Shown here in pieces: positions 8,315-17,782 of a DNA stretch of 64,000 nucleotides. A program made the translations under genes and the position numbers. Source of the DNA: Candidatus Latescibacterota bacterium (GTDB taxonomy: Bacteria; Latescibacterota; UBA2968; UBA8231); assembly GCA_965248265.1 (NCBI GenBank), contig CBDFJF010000002.1, positions 576,001 through 640,000 of the forward strand, read 5' to 3'. Position 1 is the first letter of the stretch. The number at the start of each line of letters is the position of its first letter. The notes under the pieces were generated by a model. The model worked only from the letters and a program-made list of their open reading frames with translations, did no database searches and had not been told where the DNA came from.

Positions 8315-10963
8315 ATGAAGTGGACATGGATAGCGTTGCTGATGGCGGGACAGGCGTGGGCGCAGGATTCGGCGCTTTCACCAACGGCACACCGGACGAT
8401 TCCGACGGAGCGTCCGAGTGAGAACATTGCGCTCGGGGCGAGCTACACAATGGAGCCGGGGCCGAATTACGGCCTGTGCACCGACCCCGGCGATTACGAG
8501 CAACTTACGGATGGCGTCTATACGGAGGGTTTTTTCTGGGCGCAGACGTCGACGGTGGGCTACCAGGAAAAGACACCCTCGATCGTCACCCTGGACCTGG
8601 GTGCAGTGAAACCGGTACGGGGAGTGTCCTACCACACCGCGGGGGGGTTTATGGACGGGTCATGGCCGCTGACGATCCGCATCCTGGTGGCGGGTGAAGA
8701 CGGGCAGTTCCACGAAGTCGGCGACCTGGTTCAATTGAGTGAGCAGCAACACGGACCGCTCGCGCCGATGCCGGCGACCGATGCCATGTGGGCAGTGGAC
8801 ACCGTGGGTTTCAATCAGGCCGAGATCCACCATCACTACAACCTCAACCGGGATCGCTTCCCGGAAAAGATGACCCCCGAACTGCGTGAGCAGGTCCTCA
8901 GCGATCTGTACGAAACTCGAGCCGAGCAGTATGGGACGTACCGCTACTGGACGGACCGGCTGCGGACACACGGGCGCTACATCAGCCTGATTGTGTGGAA
9001 CGAGCCGTACACCTTCGTGGACGAGATCGAGGTCTACGCTGGAGAGCCGGAGTGGGTGGATGAGCCGCTGCCGGGACCGGCCATCGCGGACGTCAAGGCG
9101 TATGCGGGCCGGCTCGCCATCGAGAAAGGGATTCGGACACGCCTGACGCAGGACATCGAGGCCTTGCGGCTGATGGCCCAAGACGGTATCCCGACGCAGA
9201 CGCGAAGCGCAGTGCTGGGCGAGCTGGCCACCGTGGAGGCGAATATGGGGCGGGCCACCAGGGTGTTCGGGGATGACTTCCAGGCTGTGCTGCCGCTGAA
9301 CTCGTGGCATGAACGGGTATTGCGCGCGCAGGCGTGGCTCTGGCGCGCCAGGGGATTGGAGCCGCTCACGTTCTGGCGTTCAAATCTATGGGACCCCCTG
9401 CCCCTTATTGGCACACCACCTGCGGAGGCAGAGCTGGCCGTCGACGTGCACCTGATGCGGAAGGAATACCGCGCGGCCGCTTTCAATGTGAGCAACAGTA
9501 GCGATGAGCCCATGCAGGTCGCGTTCCGCTTGAGCGGGCTTTCCGGGGGCGACAATCCGGAGTACGTGACCGTTCACGAGGTGATCTGGACGGACACCCG
9601 CAGCGGCATGCCGGTGGCGGCGGCATTACCAGAGATTACTGCTGACGACGGTCTGTATGCGGTCTCCGTACCGTCGGGCATGACCCGGCAGGTGTGGCTG
9701 ACCTTCAATCCGATCGACCTGGAGCCCGGTACCTACGAGGGTGAGGTTGTCGTGGAGTCGGCGCCCGGGGGCAAGCAGTTTCCGTTGCGCATGCACCTGT
9801 ATCCCCTGGACTTCCCGGAGAAGCAGACCCTTCACATGGGCGGGTGGGACTATACGGACCGGATCGGTCATTTTCCCTTCATCACAGAGCAGAACCGGTC
9901 GGCGCTCGTCGAGCATTTGCGTGAACACCGCGTCGACTCGCCGTGGGCCCTCAAGCTGGCGCTGCCGCGCGGCACTCACGATGCGACGGGAGCGATGACG
10001 GCGCCACCCTCCACCGACTACTTCGACGCGTGGATCGAACTGTGGCCGGATGCCGCCCAGTACATGGTGTTCGCGAAAGTGGGTGACAAGTTCAAGTCCT
10101 TGCCCATGGGCACGCCGGAATTCGATGTCGCGGTGAAAGCCTGGGTGACCTTCTGGGCGAAGTACATGAAGTCAAAGGGAATATCGCCGGAGCAGTTCGC
10201 GCTGTGCCTGGTGGATGAGCCTGACGAACCGTATCAGGACGCGCGCATTCTGGCATGGGCGAAGCCGATCCGCGCGGCGGACACAGGAATGCGCATCTGG
10301 GAGGATATAACCCACGAGGACATGCACGACGCGGATCAGGACATGATCGACGCCTGCCACGTGTTGAGCCCGAATTATCAGGCTTTCCTGTCCAAGGGTG
10401 AGGAGTATCGCAGCTACTATCTGAACAAGCGCGATCAGGGAATCGCCCTGGAGTACTACACGGCCTGGCCGAGTCGGATTTTCGATCCGTACGCCGGCCG
10501 GCTCATGGCGTGGACGTGCTGGCGCTACGGAGCGGAGGCCTTCTACATGTGGTCGCTGACGGACACGGGCCACGCGTCATCGTGGAACGAATACCTGACG
10601 ATCAAGAGTGCCTACTCCCCGATCTTCATCGATGAGGTCTCGGTGACGGCGGGCAAACACCTCGAGGCGGCGCGGGAAGGGGTCCAGGACTACGAGTACT
10701 TTGTGATGTTGGACCGGGCGATCCGGGAAACCTCGGCTCAGGGGGTTGTGGGTCCGGGTTTGGAGGAAGCCCGTCGGTTGCTGGAGAGCCTGCCGGCCAG
10801 GGTCTGCGATGCGGGGGGCCACCGGGGTGGCCACGGGGATGGATACGCCGACGACCGGCCGTTGAGCGGTTTTCACTGGTCGAACGACAGCGTGGACCGC
10901 ACACTGGCGGACGAGGCGCGGATTCAGGTGCTGGTGGCGTTGACGGAGCTGGCCGGGCGCTGA
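8315..10963 (+). CDS. Secreted DUF4091/GH123-like protein with N-terminal discoidin-like domain
   Basis: GAGGA RBS and signal peptide MKWTWIALLMAGQAWAQ. Galactose-binding-like motifs LTDG...TLDLG...FVDEIEVY; LVDEP; C-terminal HLEAAREGVQDYEY. Confidence 0.75.
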   Translation: MKWTWIALLMAGQAWAQDSALSPTAHRTIPTERPSENIALGASYTMEPGPNYGLCTDPGDYEQLTDGVYTEGFFWAQTSTVGYQEKTPSIVTLDLGAVKPVRGVSYHTAGGFMDGSWPLTIRILVAGEDGQFHEVGDLVQLSEQQHGPLAPMPATDAMWAVDTVGFNQAEIHHHYNLNRDRFPEKMTPELREQVLSDLYETRAEQYGTYRYWTDRLRTHGRYISLIVWNEPYTFVDEIEVYAGEPEWVDEPLPGPAIADVKAYAGRLAIEKGIRTRLTQDIEALRLMAQDGIPTQTRSAVLGELATVEANMGRATRVFGDDFQAVLPLNSWHERVLRAQAWLWRARGLEPLTFWRSNLWDPLPLIGTPPAEAELAVDVHLMRKEYRAAAFNVSNSSDEPMQVAFRLSGLSGGDNPEYVTVHEVIWTDTRSGMPVAAALPEITADDGLYAVSVPSGMTRQVWLTFNPIDLEPGTYEGEVVVESAPGGKQFPLRMHLYPLDFPEKQTLHMGGWDYTDRIGHFPFITEQNRSALVEHLREHRVDSPWALKLALPRGTHDATGAMTAPPSTDYFDAWIELWPDAAQYMVFAKVGDKFKSLPMGTPEFDVAVKAWVTFWAKYMKSKGISPEQFALCLVDEPDEPYQDARILAWAKPIRAADTGMRIWEDITHEDMHDADQDMIDACHVLSPNYQAFLSKGEEYRSYYLNKRDQGIALEYYTAWPSRIFDPYAGRLMAWTCWRYGAEAFYMWSLTDTGHASSWNEYLTIKSAYSPIFIDEVSVTAGKHLEAAREGVQDYEYFVMLDRAIRETSAQGVVGPGLEEARRLLESLPARVCDAGGHRGGHGDGYADDRPLSGFHWSNDSVDRTLADEARIQVLVALTELAGR

Positions 10964-10964
10964 G

Positions 10965-11105
10965 CCTGGAACAGGACACAGGCGGCAATCTCGCGCGGGT
11001 CCGCAGGCCGTTTGAGCATCGTATGTTGCGCGAACTCTTCCTTGAAGACCTCGCGAATGGGGGCGTTGGGGGCCAGCAGGGATTGGTATCGACCCACGAG
11101 CGCAT
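10965..11105 (-). pseudogene. Short-chain dehydrogenase (SDR) C-terminal remnant
   Basis: Fragments WVDTN and FKEEFAQHTMLKRPADPREIAACVLF lie in different frames. No Rossmann fold N-terminus and no YxxxK. Confidence 0.55.
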
Positions 11106-11122
11106 CGCCGATTGAGTTCGCC

Positions 11123-12613
11123 TCAGGCGACACTCGTGAAGCGGAAGGAATACAGCTTCGCCGAGCGCATCACCACGCGCAGTCGAACCGCCTGCTTCGC
11201 GAGTGCGATACTTGCCTGACCGCGCCAGGCAACCGGCGTCCGGATCGCATTGGCCGTGACCGTCTCGCACGTCTTCAGGGTGTAACCTTCGAGCGCGCGG
11301 CCTTCCTCGTCCTGCAGCTCGACCAGCAACCATCCGCCGGCGCCACAGTCCACGTTGAGCTCGAGCTCGTTTCCCTCGAACTCGAGTGGTGGGGTCACGA
11401 ATTCGCCTCCCGAAAGTCCGGCATCGGCGGAAACGAAGCCATCGCGTCTCAGAATGGCGCGGAACAGACCGGTGTTGGAGCCGTCCCGGTCGGAGGTGTT
11501 GTGCTTGCTCCCGGTTCCCGAGTAGTAGATCCAGGTCTCGGTCTCGGTGACGACGGGCCAGACATTGGCCTTCACCATGCCGCCTGCGGGACCTCCATCC
11601 AGACCCCGCCGGATGAAGGGCTCGCGCGCACCCTGGCGTTCCCAGATGATGCCGTCGCGGCTTGTCAGCAGCTGCACATCCATGGTCGCCGGGGCGTCGT
11701 TCTCTTCCCAATGGTAGTACCCCGCCGGCATCATGAAATAGGCGTCGTCCGCTCCGGGATGCTTGAAGACGGCGTTGGTGTAGAAGTCGATCTGCGGCCG
11801 CGCTACCGAGGTTGGCGGCAGTGGTGCTTCCAGGTCGATGGCATCGCCCTCGAGGACGATCAATGTCGGCTGCGACCAGTTCTTGAAATCGGGTGAAGTG
11901 ATGCGGCCGACAGAACGGTAGCGTTTTCCCAGCTCCATCTCGGCTGCTTCGTCGCGACGCTGGGTCTCGTGCACGCGAGTATAGCCGACGTACTGATCGA
12001 TCCTGTTGTCCCAGAAGAATACGTTTTGAGTATCACACATTTGATTATGTGGATTTGGTTGACCTGTATCATATCTCCAGCGTAGACCGTCCGGCGAATG
12101 CATCGCCCATAACCCCGGCTTGGCGCCGGCGGCGATCTCGTCGTCACGGGGCTGGTACTTCGTCCAGAGCCGGTACCGCGCCTTTGCCGGCGCGCGTTCG
12201 TCGATGTAGACGGTCGCGCCCTGCTGGCTCTGCTGCTCGTCCAATGGCGCGACGATGTTGTTGGCCCGCGATCCTCGGAAGGTCACCAGGCCGAGTTCGG
12301 GTTTGCGCCAGGCGATGCCGTCGTCCGATTCCGCGTAGCAGAGCCTTACCGCACCTTCCTGCGGTCCGCCGGAAAGCATCTGGGCGGTGTACCAGAGACG
12401 GAAGCGGCTGTCTCCTTCCCGAATCACCGTGTTGTAGCCGCCGATTCCCAGTGCTTCCCACGGCTTGTTGGGGCGCAGGACCGGCTCGGGCGGCTGCTGG
12501 GGAGGATTCATGCGCAGCTCGATACCCGATGAGCGGTCGAAAAACCGGTGATCGATGAAGAGCTGCTTATGGTTGCCGATGCGGATGGCACCGGAGCTGC
12601 TGATCGTGGTCAT
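11123..12613 (-). CDS. GH32/43/130-like beta-propeller protein with C-terminal beta-sandwich (paralog 1)
   Basis: KQLFID, CYAESDDGIAWRKPELG, CDTQN, SRDGIIW, LRRDGFVS, LELNVD, LYSFRF. No signal peptide. Confidence 0.75.
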   Translation of the reverse strand: MTTISSSGAIRIGNHKQLFIDHRFFDRSSGIELRMNPPQQPPEPVLRPNKPWEALGIGGYNTVIREGDSRFRLWYTAQMLSGGPQEGAVRLCYAESDDGIAWRKPELGLVTFRGSRANNIVAPLDEQQSQQGATVYIDERAPAKARYRLWTKYQPRDDEIAAGAKPGLWAMHSPDGLRWRYDTGQPNPHNQMCDTQNVFFWDNRIDQYVGYTRVHETQRRDEAAEMELGKRYRSVGRITSPDFKNWSQPTLIVLEGDAIDLEAPLPPTSVARPQIDFYTNAVFKHPGADDAYFMMPAGYYHWEENDAPATMDVQLLTSRDGIIWERQGAREPFIRRGLDGGPAGGMVKANVWPVVTETETWIYYSGTGSKHNTSDRDGSNTGLFRAILRRDGFVSADAGLSGGEFVTPPLEFEGNELELNVDCGAGGWLLVELQDEEGRALEGYTLKTCETVTANAIRTPVAWRGQASIALAKQAVRLRVVMRSAKLYSFRFTSVA

Positions 12614-12692
12614 GCGTTCCCCATGGGTTTGCCTATCGCAGAGAAGTAGCGTGGGTAGCCGGCATTAACCTCGCACGAGGTGTTGCGGGCGC

Positions 12693-13469
12693 CTAGTCGC
12701 GAAACGAGGGGTCTTGCTGCTCGATAAGCCGTACCAGCGCGTCGAACTCGAACTCGAGCTGGCCGAAGTCGGCGGCGCAACGCGCGAACTCCTCCATCTG
12801 TCGCACGGAGCGCTCGATGGATTCGGGTGGCGGGTAGCGCAACGGACCGGCCGCCATGGCGTCGAGCTGCACCTGACAGGCGCGCTCGAGGCGATAGAGG
12901 TGCAGGAAGGCTTCGGGTATGGTGCTGCCGACGGTGAGTAGGCCGTGATTGCGCAGGATAAGCGCATTCGCCGAGCCCAGATCGCCGGCGAGCTTCTCGC
13001 GCTCCTCCAGCAGCAGCGTCGAGCCCTCAAACTCGTGGTAGGCCAGACGCCCGTGAAAGCTCATCGCGTTCATGCTCACCGGCTCGAGGTTGCAGTCCAC
13101 GGCCGCCATGGCCATGCCGGCGCGGGTGTGGGTATGCATGACGCAGTGGCCGTCGTCGCGGTGCTCGTGGATGGCGCTGTGGATGACGAAGCCGGCCGGA
13201 TTGAAGGGATGCTCACCACTGACGACGTTGCCCTCCAGGTCGATCTCGATCAAACTCGAAGCCGTGATTTCATCGTAGCGCAGTCCATACGGATTAATGA
13301 GGAAGTGATGCTCCGGACGGGGCAGGCGCATGGAGATATGGCCGTAGACGAGTTCACACCAGCCGAGGTGATCGAAGATCCTGTAGGCGGCGGCCAGCTG
13401 CACGCGCAGCGCCCATTCGTCCGGCGAAAGGGTGGGATCGGTAGCGGTCTCAGGCAGGGTTGATGTCAT
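12693..13469 (-). CDS. Class II aldolase/adducin family protein
   Basis: GHISMR, INPYG, GFVIHSAIH, HTHT, LRNHGLL, LERACQVQ. Confidence 0.9.
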   Translation of the reverse strand: MTSTLPETATDPTLSPDEWALRVQLAAAYRIFDHLGWCELVYGHISMRLPRPEHHFLINPYGLRYDEITASSLIEIDLEGNVVSGEHPFNPAGFVIHSAIHEHRDDGHCVMHTHTRAGMAMAAVDCNLEPVSMNAMSFHGRLAYHEFEGSTLLLEEREKLAGDLGSANALILRNHGLLTVGSTIPEAFLHLYRLERACQVQLDAMAAGPLRYPPPESIERSVRQMEEFARCAADFGQLEFEFDALVRLIEQQDPSFRD

Positions 13470-13639
13470 TAGAGTACCTCTCTTGGGGTAAGCCTACATC
13501 TGTCCGGCGACGGGCGCATATTGAGGGTAAAGGGCAAGTCGCACTAACTGATACATTATATGTACAGAAGTCGAGACCGACCAACAGCGATCGGCTTACG
13601 TACACGCTAACGACGAACGAGAGAGCGAGTGAGTGAGTT

Positions 13640-14905
13640 ATGAGAATCCAATCCGTAGAATTGACCCACCTCGATGTGCCGTTCACCAATCACACCGAGC
13701 AGCACATGAAGTACTGGCTGCCACACTGGCGCATAGTGCAACTATGCCAGTTGACGATGGACAACGGCCTGACCGGTCTTGGCGAGACCATCCCCAACTA
13801 CACCTGGGCCGCAGTTCCCGGCGATATCGAGGATCGCATTGTCGGGAGGGAGGCGGGTGAGTTGCTGTGGGATGACAGCTTGGGCGCTGGCGTGCAGATG
13901 GCGCTGTTCGACGCCGTCGGCAAGCATGAGAACGTGCCGGTCTATCGCCTGCTGGGAGAGAAGGTCCGCGACTACGTGCCGCTGTCGTGGTGGGGGATGG
14001 ACATGCCACCCAAGGACTGGGCCAGGCAGTGCAAGGATGCCGTCAAGGCCGGCTACATGTCGGCCAAACTGAAGGCGCGAACCTGGTATGACCTGCACGA
14101 GTCCATCCAAGCCGTACTCGCGGTTGTACCGGAACAGTTCAAGCTCGATTTCGACTACAATGCCAGCCTGGACAATGCCGCTAACGCGGTGGAGCATCTC
14201 AAGAGCCTGGAGCGCTATCCGCAGATGGCCATGATCGAGTCGCCGATTCCGCAGGCCGATGTTGCCGGCAATCGCCACATCCGCGATCGCATCAACAGGC
14301 CGTTGGCCCTGCACTTTGGCAGTCCGCCGATCTCCACGACGCTGAAGGAGGATGTCGCCGACGGCTTCGTCGTCTGCGGCGGGGCCAGCGTCATACGCTC
14401 ACAGTCAGCGATCCTGGATGTCGCCAACAAGCCCTTCTGGCTGCAGCTGGTAGGCACCGGCATCACGACGACATGGGCAGCCCATCTGGGGGTCGTGTGC
14501 ACTCAGGCGAAATGGCCGGCCATCACCTGCATGAACATCTGGAAGGAACAGCTGATCAAGCGTCCGATCGAGGTGCGCGGCGGTTACCATAGCGTACCGG
14601 AAGGGCCCGGCCTCGGTGTTGGATTGAACGAGAGGGTTGTCAAGAAGCTGACTGTCGACTACAGCTGGGTCGATTTGCCCCGGCACGTGTACCGCTACTC
14701 GCGCGCCAACGGTGAGGTTACCTATTTCGGTTGCTCCCGGCAGGATTTACATCGGGCCTATTCGAAAGCGGCCATGCCGGTGAGCGAAGTGGGTTCCGCC
14801 CTGGCGGCGGTCGAGGATGACGGGTCGAAGGCATTCAAGGTGATCTGGGATGCGGTGCAGGGTGGTCGAACGCTGATGCGGCAGGAGCCCACGAGAAAGA
14901 AATAG
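13640..14905 (+). CDS. Mandelate racemase/muconate lactonizing enzyme (enolase superfamily) protein
   Basis: GLGET, MALFDAVGK..VPVYRLLG, KLK, DYN, ESP, VPEGPGLGV, plus a C-terminal extension of about 80 aa. Confidence 0.88.
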   Translation: MRIQSVELTHLDVPFTNHTEQHMKYWLPHWRIVQLCQLTMDNGLTGLGETIPNYTWAAVPGDIEDRIVGREAGELLWDDSLGAGVQMALFDAVGKHENVPVYRLLGEKVRDYVPLSWWGMDMPPKDWARQCKDAVKAGYMSAKLKARTWYDLHESIQAVLAVVPEQFKLDFDYNASLDNAANAVEHLKSLERYPQMAMIESPIPQADVAGNRHIRDRINRPLALHFGSPPISTTLKEDVADGFVVCGGASVIRSQSAILDVANKPFWLQLVGTGITTTWAAHLGVVCTQAKWPAITCMNIWKEQLIKRPIEVRGGYHSVPEGPGLGVGLNERVVKKLTVDYSWVDLPRHVYRYSRANGEVTYFGCSRQDLHRAYSKAAMPVSEVGSALAAVEDDGSKAFKVIWDAVQGGRTLMRQEPTRKK

Positions 14906-14916
14906 ACAGGATCCGG

Positions 14917-16113
14917 CTATTCTACGTATTCCGTACGGCCACCGGTGAGTTCCAGGTCGTAGCTGGAACGCAGCAACTCGGTGAGTACGGGTGGTAACTC
15001 ACCCCGCTGCGCCTTCAACGCCCAGACAGGCGGCACTGAGGTCGGCGGCTGAGTGTATCCATCCGAACCGGCTTTCCGGTAGCAGATCAGAGAGCACCAG
15101 CGGGTGTCTCTGGCGACGGCCTTGGCGGCCACTCCGTGGGCAGCATGTGACAGGCAGCACACGAGCGACCCGGGTGGCAGTGAGAGATGCTCGATCTCGA
15201 GCGCACTTCCCGTAACCGGATGGGTACGGCCGTGCAGCCAGCCTTCCCGCAACTCCTCGTCCGTATCGGCACGACACCCGGTCGGATCACGAAACAGGTG
15301 GCTGCCGCGAACGATCTTCAGGCCGCCGTCGCTCTCAGCCTCGAATCCATTGAGATAGCACAACGTCAGGCTGGCGTTCGCCTGGGCATCATACTCAACC
15401 GGGGTGGCGATACCACAGTCGTCGTAGCGGGAGCCGACCTCGTGGCTGTGCCAGCGTCCACCGCGGTACCCGCCCGGCCGCGACAGCAGCTGGTTGTGAT
15501 CAAAGAAGATGGTGTCACACCCAAGGCACATGCGCTGAAGTTCCAGCATGTGTGGATGGGTCAGGACATTCATCATGAACGGGATGTGACCGGCCGGAAA
15601 GTACTCGGCAAAAACACTGTGATGTCGCAGTGTCCTGACACCGGCCGCGTCCGTGTCCTGCGGCACCGCCTGACTCCCTCCGAGAGCACCTTGAAGTGCC
15701 TCCCTGGTCAGGGTCTCTTCGGGAAGCGTCCGCCCAAGGCCATGCCAATCGATCTCCGTCCAGTCAGCCTGCAACAAGGTGTCGTTGAGGTGCTGGCCGT
15801 ATTGCAGCGCGTCCGTCCATTCCTCGATCGCCTTCGGTAAAATGATCTCCTCGAGCACGGCATAGCCATCGATCAGAAGGCGCTCTCGATCGAATTGCTC
15901 CCTTACCGCGGCCATGTCGAACAGATCCTCTCGGCTCGCCTCCATCTCCTCCCAGTCGCTGCTGGTCCATTGCACTGGTGAGTGGTGGTTGTGGAAGAAA
16001 GCTGGACGTGTCGCCCGGGCAAGCTCGCTGGTCGGACCATGTAGAATCCGTTGCGCATCCGGGTCCGACACTCCAGCCAGGAGTGGGTTTTGAGGCATCG
16101 TCGGTGTGTTCAT
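14917..16113 (-). CDS. PhyH-like Fe/2-oxoglutarate dioxygenase with atypical HxH motif
   Basis: DGYAVL, GGRWHSH, LCYLNGF..DGGLKIVRGSH, HAAHGV, TRW follow the PhyH double-stranded beta-helix layout. Confidence 0.72.
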   Translation of the reverse strand: MNTPTMPQNPLLAGVSDPDAQRILHGPTSELARATRPAFFHNHHSPVQWTSSDWEEMEASREDLFDMAAVREQFDRERLLIDGYAVLEEIILPKAIEEWTDALQYGQHLNDTLLQADWTEIDWHGLGRTLPEETLTREALQGALGGSQAVPQDTDAAGVRTLRHHSVFAEYFPAGHIPFMMNVLTHPHMLELQRMCLGCDTIFFDHNQLLSRPGGYRGGRWHSHEVGSRYDDCGIATPVEYDAQANASLTLCYLNGFEAESDGGLKIVRGSHLFRDPTGCRADTDEELREGWLHGRTHPVTGSALEIEHLSLPPGSLVCCLSHAAHGVAAKAVARDTRWCSLICYRKAGSDGYTQPPTSVPPVWALKAQRGELPPVLTELLRSSYDLELTGGRTEYVE

Positions 16114-16182
16114 GACACTGGAGGATAAAGGGCATTATCGTGAGTCCGTCAAGCGCGTTTATTGCAGGGAAGATCACCGGCG

Positions 16183-17661
16183 CTACTCGGCGAATCTGAA
16201 CGAATAGACATCCGCGTCATTCATCACGAATCTGAGCCGCACCGTCTGTCCTACACTGGTTGGCAAGTCCGTGGATCCCTTCCACGACACATGCCTAGAG
16301 ATCTCATCCCCCGTCAGTCCGTCGCAGTCGTCGAGGCGGAACCCCTCCAACGGACGTTCCGACTCATCGAGTAACTCGACCCGCAGGCCCCCGGCGGCAC
16401 TCGTCGAGTAGTTCAGCTCCAGTTTATCGCCGGAATACCTCACTGGCTTCGTGATGGCCTGGCCTCCATCGTACCCGGTGCTCAGCGAGGCGAAGCCGTC
16501 CAGTCTGAGCGTCATCCTCTCCAGATGGGCGGTAGGCTGCTGGTAATGATGCTGCACGAAGATGGACATCTCTGCTTCGCCGGTCTGGATCACCCCGTGC
16601 GCCGGGTAGTTCGTCCTCGTAGTCCAGTTCTCGCCCCCGATCCCCGGCCTGAGAAAGCTCTCCCTGAAGGTGAAGTCGTAGCGATGGCTACCCGCCCTCG
16701 TCGTCATGAAAACGCCATCCGAGCAATCGCCGGTCGAGGAGTGGTGGGACGGCTCGTGCTGACTCTTCGTCTGCAGCTTGCTGAAGAAGATGCGGCCGGG
16801 CAGCGACAGGTAGATGTGATCGGCCCGGAAATACGGAATCGTCTGATTGGTATAGAGCTGCGCCGATGGAGTGATCGAGTCGGTGTCGCTGTACTCCATC
16901 GGCACGAACTCCGACCAGTTCAGGCAATCGGGTGAAGTCGCCCGCGCCGTGGAGCGGATGTAGACACCGCGGGCCCGGTCGCGGGCGATGATGCTGTCGA
17001 TGTCGTGCTCCAGCCGGTACGCGTAGTCCTCGGTGTCTATGAGCTGTCCGTCCTTGCCCACCATGAAGCGGGCGTACATCACGTACTGCGATTCCACGTC
17101 TGACCAGAACATGACGTTCTGACTGTCGAAGTGATTGGGTATCGTCCAGGGAGTCACTGGGGCATCGGCGATTATCCTGAAGCGCGTGCCGTCGCTCGAT
17201 GCGTAGAAGTTCAGGCCCTTCTCTGAAGGCACTCCGGAATGGGCATCCCTCTCCATGTTGGCTTTGTACCGCTGCTGGGATGGCACACCCGGTTTCGCAT
17301 CGAGAAGGGGGCAGAATGCGTTCTGGCAGTTGTCCAGAATGATGTTGTTCTGACTCGAGTCTTCTACTTCGACCAGACCCAGCTCCGGCTTGACCCAGTG
17401 AATGCCATCGGCGCTTTCCGCGTAGCACACGTACTCCAGATTCGCCCGGTAGTACATCCGGTACAGATCGCCGTCCTGAAAGACCGTCGTGAAGAACGAC
17501 GCCGATCCGTTCTCACCTCGCTCCCACGGCTCGTCGTACGCGAGGACGGTGCCGGCCGGTGTCGGATGGTGCAGCTGCAGGCGGCATCCAACCAGGCTGT
17601 CGAGAACGTGATCGTCGACGAAAAGCTCCCTGCGATCGTTCAGATCAATTGGTGTTGCCAT
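16183..17661 (-). CDS. GH32/43/130-like beta-propeller protein (paralog 2)
   Basis: Start MATPIDLNDRRELFVDD; CYAESADGIHWVKPELG, FDSQN, LRLDGFAS, LELNYST, VYSFRF. Alternative in-frame start at 17733. Confidence 0.78.
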   Translation of the reverse strand: MATPIDLNDRRELFVDDHVLDSLVGCRLQLHHPTPAGTVLAYDEPWERGENGSASFFTTVFQDGDLYRMYYRANLEYVCYAESADGIHWVKPELGLVEVEDSSQNNIILDNCQNAFCPLLDAKPGVPSQQRYKANMERDAHSGVPSEKGLNFYASSDGTRFRIIADAPVTPWTIPNHFDSQNVMFWSDVESQYVMYARFMVGKDGQLIDTEDYAYRLEHDIDSIIARDRARGVYIRSTARATSPDCLNWSEFVPMEYSDTDSITPSAQLYTNQTIPYFRADHIYLSLPGRIFFSKLQTKSQHEPSHHSSTGDCSDGVFMTTRAGSHRYDFTFRESFLRPGIGGENWTTRTNYPAHGVIQTGEAEMSIFVQHHYQQPTAHLERMTLRLDGFASLSTGYDGGQAITKPVRYSGDKLELNYSTSAAGGLRVELLDESERPLEGFRLDDCDGLTGDEISRHVSWKGSTDLPTSVGQTVRLRFVMNDADVYSFRFAE

Positions 17662-17782
17662 GATACACGACTCTTGTGCGAGTGAGAATTGGTTCTGGTG
17701 ATGGCCTCGAGCATACAGTATTTTGTCCGCCATGGCTTCTCCCCCCGAAATGCCGTCGCCGGTGCGCGGAGTGCTGGCCTGA

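Noticed and set aside
10626-11896. 361-aa minus and 294-aa plus ORFs
   Set aside because: Alternative-frame or antisense shadows of real genes in GC-rich DNA, Arg/Pro-rich with no motifs.
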